Assembly: GCA_963557245.1 (NCBI GenBank)
Contig: CAUWDF010000001.1
Location: 1 to 60,772, forward strand
From: an uncultured Bulleidia sp.
GTDB lineage: Bacteria > Bacillota_I > Bacilli_A > Erysipelotrichales > Erysipelotrichaceae
Reading direction: 5' to 3'
DNA: 60,772 nt
In this document: positions 54,429 to 60,772 of the stretch, in pieces
How the letters are laid out: the number at the start of each line of letters is the position of its first letter
Position numbering within the stretch: position 1 is the stretch's first letter
Notes under the pieces: model-generated
The model's input: the letters and a program-made list of their open reading frames with translations, nothing else
Databases searched by the model: none
What the model was told of the DNA's origin: nothing
Translations under genes and position numbers: made by a program

Positions 54429-56246
54429 ATGAAGAAGGAAAAGTTTAACAGCAGAACAGAACTTGTTCTGTATTATCTGAACGGATCCAAAAGGTACTTT
54501 GTTGCATTTATTCTATTTTCTTGTCTTGTATCTTTATTGGATCTTTTGAATCCTAGGATTATCTCTTTTGCAGTCGATAGTATTATTGGTGCAAAAGAAG
54601 CTGCTCTTCCTTCCTTTTTACAAAAGGGGTTAGATTCATTTGGTGGTATTACATGGCTAAGAGGAAATCTATGGTTTGTAGCTTGCATCATACTTGTTAT
54701 TGCGGTCGTTTCGGCAATTTGTCGTTATATGAGCCGTACTTTAAATGGTATGGGGGCAGAGAAGCTCGTCCATAGGATGCGTAATACACTATTCAATCAT
54801 ATTCTACATCTGCCATTTTCTTGGCATAGTGAGAATCGTACCGGAGATATTATTCAAAGATGTACGAGTGATGTAGAAACAATCAAGATATTTGTTTCGG
54901 AACAGTTAACAACACTGTTCCGAACAATATTAATGATTTTGATGGCAATGACTTTTATGTTTTCTATGAATGTAAAGTTAACACTTGTCATTATGTTATT
55001 TATTCCTATATTAGTAGGATATTCTTTCTTCTTCTTTCATCGCATTGGCGAGTCTTTTGAGAAAGTAGATATCGAAGAAGGAAAGTTATCTTCCATCGTA
55101 CAGGAGAATCTGACAGGGGTACGTGTGGTACGTGCGTTTGGAAGAGAGATGTACGAAAGAAAGAAGTTTGAACAACAGAATCATAAGTATACCAATATGT
55201 GGGTCTACTTAATCCGCTTATTGAACTTGTTCTGGGTATCTTCAGATGCGATTGCACGTTTACAGATCTTAGCGGTATTAGCTTTTGGAACGGTATTTTG
55301 TGTCCATGGGGAGATTACACCAGGCGAGTTTATTGCGTTCAATTCTTATACGATCATGTTGTCATGGCCAATCCGTAGTTTAGGACGTGTCATTTCTAAT
55401 ATGTCGAAAGCGGGTATTTCGATCGATCGTCTTATGTATATTATGAATGCCGAAGAAGAGAAGGATAAAGAAGATGCGAAGGAGCCAGCATTCCCAGCGG
55501 ATATCGTCTTTGATCATGTCTCATACCATTATGGAAATAATCCAGAGGATATCTTAAAAGATGTATCATTTACAATTCCAGCTGGTTCTACCATTGGTAT
55601 TCTTGGTGGTACAGGTTCGGGTAAGAGCACGCTCATGTACTTGTTAGATCGTCTTTATGAACTCCCAGAAGGTTGTGGTTCTATTACAATCGGTGGTATT
55701 CCAATTCAAGATATCAAAGCTTCTTGGTTACGTAAGAATATTGGAATGGTCCTACAGGAACCTTATCTTTTTTCGCGTACTTTAGAAGAGAATATCGGTA
55801 TTGCGAATGCTCAAGCAGAGAAGGAAGATATCTTACAAGCATCGCATATTGCATGTCTTGATACAGCAGTCAGTCACTTTAAAGAAGGGTATCGTACTTT
55901 CGTTGGGGAAAGAGGTGTCACTTTATCAGGTGGGCAGAAACAACGTACAGCGATTGCTCAGATGCTCGTACAGAAAGCACCGATTATGGTATTTGATGAT
56001 TCGTTGTCGGCAGTCGATGCTGAGACGGATGAAAAGATTCGTTCAGCTCTCAAAGAAAATACGGAAGGTAGTACTGTTATTTTGATTGCCCATCGTATTA
56101 CAACTTTAATGAATGCCGAAGAGATTCTTGTCTTAGAAAATGGTAAGATCCTTCAACATGGTACACATGAACAGCTCGTTCAAGAAGAAGGTATCTATAA
56201 AGATATTTATGAACTGCAGTCCCGCAGTAAGGAGGAGGCCGCATGA
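54429..56246 (+). CDS. ABC exporter TMD-NBD subunit (degenerate Walker B, FDDS)
   Basis: GGTGSGKS, LSGGQ, VFDDSLSAVD. Confidence 0.95.
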   Translation: MKKEKFNSRTELVLYYLNGSKRYFVAFILFSCLVSLLDLLNPRIISFAVDSIIGAKEAALPSFLQKGLDSFGGITWLRGNLWFVACIILVIAVVSAICRYMSRTLNGMGAEKLVHRMRNTLFNHILHLPFSWHSENRTGDIIQRCTSDVETIKIFVSEQLTTLFRTILMILMAMTFMFSMNVKLTLVIMLFIPILVGYSFFFFHRIGESFEKVDIEEGKLSSIVQENLTGVRVVRAFGREMYERKKFEQQNHKYTNMWVYLIRLLNLFWVSSDAIARLQILAVLAFGTVFCVHGEITPGEFIAFNSYTIMLSWPIRSLGRVISNMSKAGISIDRLMYIMNAEEEKDKEDAKEPAFPADIVFDHVSYHYGNNPEDILKDVSFTIPAGSTIGILGGTGSGKSTLMYLLDRLYELPEGCGSITIGGIPIQDIKASWLRKNIGMVLQEPYLFSRTLEENIGIANAQAEKEDILQASHIACLDTAVSHFKEGYRTFVGERGVTLSGGQKQRTAIAQMLVQKAPIMVFDDSLSAVDAETDEKIRSALKENTEGSTVILIAHRITTLMNAEEILVLENGKILQHGTHEQLVQEEGIYKDIYELQSRSKEEAA

Positions 56247-58063
56247 GCGAGGAAAAGGATTATACAGTAAAGTTAAAGTTCTTCGGTATTCCAAAATTGA
56301 TTCCATATATCCGTCGTTATAAAGGAATCTTCGTTTCGATGCTCACATCGACGGCCTTTACCGCAATTGGACAGTCGTTCTTTCCATTATTCGCCTTATA
56401 TACATTGAACTATTTTGTGGCGAATCATACATTAGAACATATTGGATTATTTGTTTTATCTTATGTGGGATTGATCATCCTATTAGGAATTACGGATTTT
56501 ATATCTTGTGAAGGTTGCGGAAAGATTGAGATGTATACAGATCGAGATCTGAGAAATGAAGCATTCAATCATTTACAAGAATTATCGTTTGGTTACTTTA
56601 ATCAGAATAATGTAGGATATATTCATGCACGTGTTATGAGTGATACATCACGTATTGGGCAGATGTTATCTTGGGATCTTACATTAGTAATCAGTTCGAT
56701 TGTATATTTGATCAGTTCCATCTTTAATATGTTTGTGATCAATTGGAAGTTGGCATTGTGCGTCATTGTTATATTACCAGTAGGGGTATTGATCAGTTCA
56801 TTCTTTGAAAAGAGACTGTTACGTCAAAATCGTAAGATTCGTGAAGTGAACTCGAAAATTACAGGTAACTTTAATGAAGGAATTACTGGTGCGAAGTCAA
56901 TCAAGACAATGGTCATTGAAGATCGTATCTATCAAGACTTTGATAAAGATACTTCGGAAATGGAACGGATATCGATTCAGACTGGTAAGACGATGGGTAG
57001 TTTCATTGCGTTAGTAACGACATTGTCTTCGCTTGCTCTTGCGCTTGTCTTATGGCAAGGGGGTAAGATGACAGTGGATGGTGTCATTCTTGTTGGTACT
57101 CTTTCTGCTTTTATGAACTACGCTATGAATATGCTGGATCCAATTCAGGATCTTATTTCGGAAATTACAGTATTCGTATCGATTCAGGTCAACATTGAGC
57201 GTTTTACAAAACTATTAGAAGAGAAAGCGGATGTGGCGGACAGTCCAGAAGTTATTGAAAAGTATGGTGATGCTTTCTATCCAAAGAAAGAAAATTGGGA
57301 ACCATTGTATGGAGATATTGAATTTAAAGATGTCTCTTTCCGCTATCCAGATGGAAATGAAATGGTTTTGGAACACTTTAATCTAAAAGTTCCACAAGGA
57401 ACCAATGTAGCGATTGTTGGTGAGACAGGGGCTGGAAAATCGACGTTAGTCAATTTGGTCTGTCGTTTCTTTGAACCGACCAAAGGACAGGTATTGATCG
57501 ATGGACGAGATGCCAAAGAACGCTCACAGCTCTGGTTACATTCGAATATTGGTTATGTTTTACAGACTCCACACTTGTTCTCAGGTACGGTACGTGAGAA
57601 TTTACAATATGGGAAACCAGATGCGAGTGATGAAGAGATTCTACAGGCATTACGTCTTGTGGATGCGGAACAGGTCATTGCAAAGATGGATAAAGGATTG
57701 GATTCGGAAGTTGGGGAAGGTGGCGATATGTTATCGACGGGTGAGAAACAGTTGTTGTCATTCGCTCGTGCTATCTTAGCAGATCCACGTATCTTAGTCT
57801 TAGATGAAGCGACTGCATCCATTGATACATTGACGGAAAAGAAGATTCAAGATGCAGTCCATACGGTCATTCAAGGAAGAACTTCTTTTGTGATTGCACA
57901 TCGTCTGTCCACGATTGTTGATGCAGATGTCATCTTAGTTGTCAAAGATGGTAAGATTATTGAACGTGGTAGACATAATGAACTGATGAAGAAAAAAGGA
58001 TACTACTACGATCTTTATACAAGACAGTTCAGTCAGTTAGCTACCGATATTGTATTGAAATAA
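56243..58063 (+). CDS. ABC exporter TMD-NBD subunit (consensus-site partner)
   Basis: GETGAGKS, LSTGE, LDEATASID. Confidence 0.95.
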   Translation: MSEEKDYTVKLKFFGIPKLIPYIRRYKGIFVSMLTSTAFTAIGQSFFPLFALYTLNYFVANHTLEHIGLFVLSYVGLIILLGITDFISCEGCGKIEMYTDRDLRNEAFNHLQELSFGYFNQNNVGYIHARVMSDTSRIGQMLSWDLTLVISSIVYLISSIFNMFVINWKLALCVIVILPVGVLISSFFEKRLLRQNRKIREVNSKITGNFNEGITGAKSIKTMVIEDRIYQDFDKDTSEMERISIQTGKTMGSFIALVTTLSSLALALVLWQGGKMTVDGVILVGTLSAFMNYAMNMLDPIQDLISEITVFVSIQVNIERFTKLLEEKADVADSPEVIEKYGDAFYPKKENWEPLYGDIEFKDVSFRYPDGNEMVLEHFNLKVPQGTNVAIVGETGAGKSTLVNLVCRFFEPTKGQVLIDGRDAKERSQLWLHSNIGYVLQTPHLFSGTVRENLQYGKPDASDEEILQALRLVDAEQVIAKMDKGLDSEVGEGGDMLSTGEKQLLSFARAILADPRILVLDEATASIDTLTEKKIQDAVHTVIQGRTSFVIAHRLSTIVDADVILVVKDGKIIERGRHNELMKKKGYYYDLYTRQFSQLATDIVLK

Positions 58064-58068
58064 TATAT

Positions 58069-58092
58069 AGCAGGCCATAGGCCTGCTTTTTT
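58069..58092 (+). terminator. Intrinsic terminator
   Basis: AGCAGGCC/GGCCTGCT plus T tract. Confidence 0.85.
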
Positions 58093-58120
58093 GGTATAGT
58101 AGATATATTGGAGAGTATAT

Positions 58121-58927
58121 ATGGAACATAAAATTCATTTTATTCGTAGTGATTTAGATCAGAAGAATGCATTTACGGTTTGTTTAGAAGGTTTTCATCC
58201 ACTTCAAATCGATACGGAAGATATGATCTTTGATGTGACATGGGATCAAAAGAACAACCAAGGAACGGTAGCGGTCCCAAACGACCAACCGATTGAAGGA
58301 ACTTTACCGTTGTTCGTCGGTATCCTTATGAATGAAGAATTTCTCAATATTGCGCAAGACTTGACGAGAGATACAACTCTCGATCTGGATTCCATTGAAG
58401 CTATTGATATTGGCAAGGGCGCGGAACATTTCTTAAAGGATTCCTATACTGAGTTCGTACAGAATGCCATGCATCGGATTGAAGCATTTGGAGCATGTGA
58501 TATTGGAAAAGAAGTATGTATCGATGACTTAGATATGTATTTTGAAGATGAAGATAGACAGGAAAAATATGTCCGTGCTTTTGTTGAGATGAATGGTTGG
58601 ATTCAGGCAAAACAGACACAGCAAGATGTTAGTTTCCTTTGTGTGAAATATGGAAGAAATGGGTATTTCTCGATTGTCGATGCCAATGGAATCGAATGTA
58701 GCAAAGATGTTTATCGTACAGAACCAATTACGATTGAAGAGGCAGAAGATCGCCTTGTCGATCATATTGGTAATATGGAACATCATGAAGAGATTCAGGC
58801 TCTTTTCTTCTTGGATTATGAACCAAGTGAAGAGTTAAATCTCAACTTAAAGTATCTGATTCGTAATCCAGAAGCGTTAAAAGTACTACATGGTGTTCAT
58901 CCATATAGTTATGAAGAGGAAAGATAA
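58121..58927 (+). CDS. Hypothetical protein, tandem paralogue 1
   Basis: GGAGAG RBS; shares C-terminal pattern with the next two ORFs. Confidence 0.8.
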   Translation: MEHKIHFIRSDLDQKNAFTVCLEGFHPLQIDTEDMIFDVTWDQKNNQGTVAVPNDQPIEGTLPLFVGILMNEEFLNIAQDLTRDTTLDLDSIEAIDIGKGAEHFLKDSYTEFVQNAMHRIEAFGACDIGKEVCIDDLDMYFEDEDRQEKYVRAFVEMNGWIQAKQTQQDVSFLCVKYGRNGYFSIVDANGIECSKDVYRTEPITIEEAEDRLVDHIGNMEHHEEIQALFFLDYEPSEELNLNLKYLIRNPEALKVLHGVHPYSYEEER

Positions 58928-58928
58928 T

Positions 58929-59693
58929 ATGTTTGCAGTACAGATTGATAGAAATGAACAGAATGAATTCTGTATATCCTCAAAAGGATTTTCTTCTTAT
59001 CTTATCCATAAGATTGTATTACCAGAAGAATATGTTCTGAAGGATGATACGATTTATTTTACAGAGACAGAAAGAAAGAATGTCATTGCTCGTGTGATGG
59101 ATATTTTAGCGAGTTTTGTGTTCATCCAAGCAAGAGCGATTGCGGAAGAACGAATTTCGAACCAAGAAGTGGCACCACAATATGTTATGCATACAAGTCT
59201 TCCTGTACCAATGGAAGAGTATTATGAATATATGGAATCGCGTGTATTCCAGTATGCTATAACCGATGTATTCCCTCTTCAGTTTGAAGAAGAGAGACAT
59301 GTAGAGATTTCTTTTGATGAATTGATGGATCAAAAAGAAGTCAAAGATGGTTTTTTACGTTATGTAGCGGAGAACTATGGTTTTCTGTATCCGGTGAAGA
59401 TTGATCGTAAGTCTTCTGTCTTATTTGTAGAATGTTTAGAAGATGGACAATACTTGATCCGTGATGTCGATGGTGAGATTGTCGCACCAGAAATGTATAG
59501 TCATATATCTTTAAATCAGGAGCAAGCGGAAGAACAGCTCGTCCATATACTGGCAACATTACCATATGTACATCAAGTGCAAAAGATTCTATTTGAACAC
59601 TGTACAGCCAGTAAGACAACTTATAACAAGATATGTAATATCACTCGTAATGCGGATGTCATTCTGTCTGTTGATAGAATAGAACAGTTGTAA
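58929..59693 (+). CDS. Hypothetical protein, tandem paralogue 2
   Basis: GAGGA RBS, start reset to MFAVQIDR. Confidence 0.8.
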   Translation: MFAVQIDRNEQNEFCISSKGFSSYLIHKIVLPEEYVLKDDTIYFTETERKNVIARVMDILASFVFIQARAIAEERISNQEVAPQYVMHTSLPVPMEEYYEYMESRVFQYAITDVFPLQFEEERHVEISFDELMDQKEVKDGFLRYVAENYGFLYPVKIDRKSSVLFVECLEDGQYLIRDVDGEIVAPEMYSHISLNQEQAEEQLVHILATLPYVHQVQKILFEHCTASKTTYNKICNITRNADVILSVDRIEQL

Positions 59694-59884
59694 ATATGCC
59701 ATATGTTGTAGATACTACAAGATAAATGAGCAATCTTGATGCAGCTATGAATGATTTACGGATATTGCAAGAAGTTTTATATTTTCTTATATGAGAAGTT
59801 GATGATAATTCATTCTAGCTACAAGTAAAAGATGTAGGAGCAGTAAGAGGTACTTCAGAGAAGGTGCCTTTTTAGGTTGGGTTT

Positions 59885-60646
59885 ATGAAATATAAAGTAG
59901 AGATACGTAGAGAGAAAGAACATATATATTTAGATCTTTATCATTTTGGAGAAATACAAAAATCAGAGATAGAACCTGTAGCTTTTCGATGGACTAGGAC
60001 CGTTACAGAAGACGTACAGACAATCGATTTAGGAAATGTAGGGAATGAAGAGATCAGTTTATTTCTGAGTCTTGTGATACAGGAAGAGATGATGTATATC
60101 TATGAGGAAAAGATTCAAACAGATAAATATTGCCTCAAAGAAGATTGGAAAAGATATGATTGTCTCTATGATACATATGTCCGTAAGCAATTCCATACGA
60201 TTCAAAAGAAAATAAAAAAAGAATTAGAAGAACCAGTTACTTTTCTCACATCTGTAGTAGAACTATTAGAAGATAGAGAGAGTATTTCAAAGTGGTGCTC
60301 GATACAAAAAATAAATGATAATTATAGGACTCCTGCGATGGTACGGACGGGCATGTCTTACTTGGTCATTGTTGTAGAAAATGGTTCAGAATATAGCATA
60401 TGTAATGCAAGTGGGGATTATTTATGCAGTTATACGGTAGAAGATTCGGAGGATCAACAAGAAATTGAAAGACAGTTATTACGACATCTCATGAATCTAG
60501 AATATAAAGAAGATGTACAGATGGTGTTGATAGATTTTTGGGTCACACATACTTGTATTATGGGAATCTGTAAATTATTTGCGCTTCCAGGGTTGGCGGC
60601 AGTGATGAGTATGCGACCATATTATTATCAAAGAAAAGGAAATTAA
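59885..60646 (+). CDS. Hypothetical protein, tandem paralogue 3
   Basis: 253 aa; same layout as paralogues 1 and 2. Confidence 0.78.
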   Translation: MKYKVEIRREKEHIYLDLYHFGEIQKSEIEPVAFRWTRTVTEDVQTIDLGNVGNEEISLFLSLVIQEEMMYIYEEKIQTDKYCLKEDWKRYDCLYDTYVRKQFHTIQKKIKKELEEPVTFLTSVVELLEDRESISKWCSIQKINDNYRTPAMVRTGMSYLVIVVENGSEYSICNASGDYLCSYTVEDSEDQQEIERQLLRHLMNLEYKEDVQMVLIDFWVTHTCIMGICKLFALPGLAAVMSMRPYYYQRKGN

Positions 60647-60647
60647 G

Positions 60648-60752
60648 ATGTATCAAGTAAATATAAAAAAAATATTCCAGCCGAGTATAGGAGTGGAATA
60701 TAAATTACAGTTTATAGGATTAGTAATTTGTCAAATTAAGTGCAACATCTAA
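60648..60752 (+). pseudogene. Possible truncated fourth paralogue (34 aa)
   Basis: AAAGGA RBS; MYQVNIKK...EYKLQFIG resembles the paralogue N-termini, then an early stop. Confidence 0.35.
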
Positions 60753-60772
60753 TGTGAGTTTATAATTTCGTT

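Overview
Low-GC Firmicute chromosomal origin region, most consistent with an Erysipelotrichaceae (Solobacterium/Bulleidia-like) genome; the taxonomy is inferred from gene content and protein style only. Positions 1-35.2 kb are almost all on the minus strand. Reading in the direction of transcription: rpmH-rnpA-yidC-jag (inverted so it points into dnaA), a bipartite oriC around dnaA, dnaN-yaaA-recF-gyrB-gyrA, T-box-serS, an ADP-ribosylglycohydrolase, short SRP RNA, tadA, dnaX-ybaB-recR-fhs-[PUA/EVE-like protein]-mnmG-[ThyX-like protein], rsmG-noc-parA-parB, a probably Na+-type F1Fo ATP synthase operon, and an IS3-family end at the left edge. Positions 35.3-60.7 kb are on the plus strand: pth-mfd-rqcP-divIC, yitT, NUDIX-mtnN-M15 peptidase, a decayed lactococcin-972-like locus, tmk-holB-ricT-rsmI, a membrane FHA protein, a membrane-anchored ECF-sigma-like/TPR fusion, an M16C peptidase with a heterodimeric ABC exporter, and a tandem array of unknown paralogues. 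The best leads are: (i) the folate/FAD cassette fhs-PUA-like-mnmG-ThyX-like; (ii) a perfect parS palindrome occupying the stem III position of the serS T-box; (iii) the sigma-TM-TPR fusion next to the FHA gene; (iv) the tandem paralogue array. All calls were made by eye; no database searches were run.
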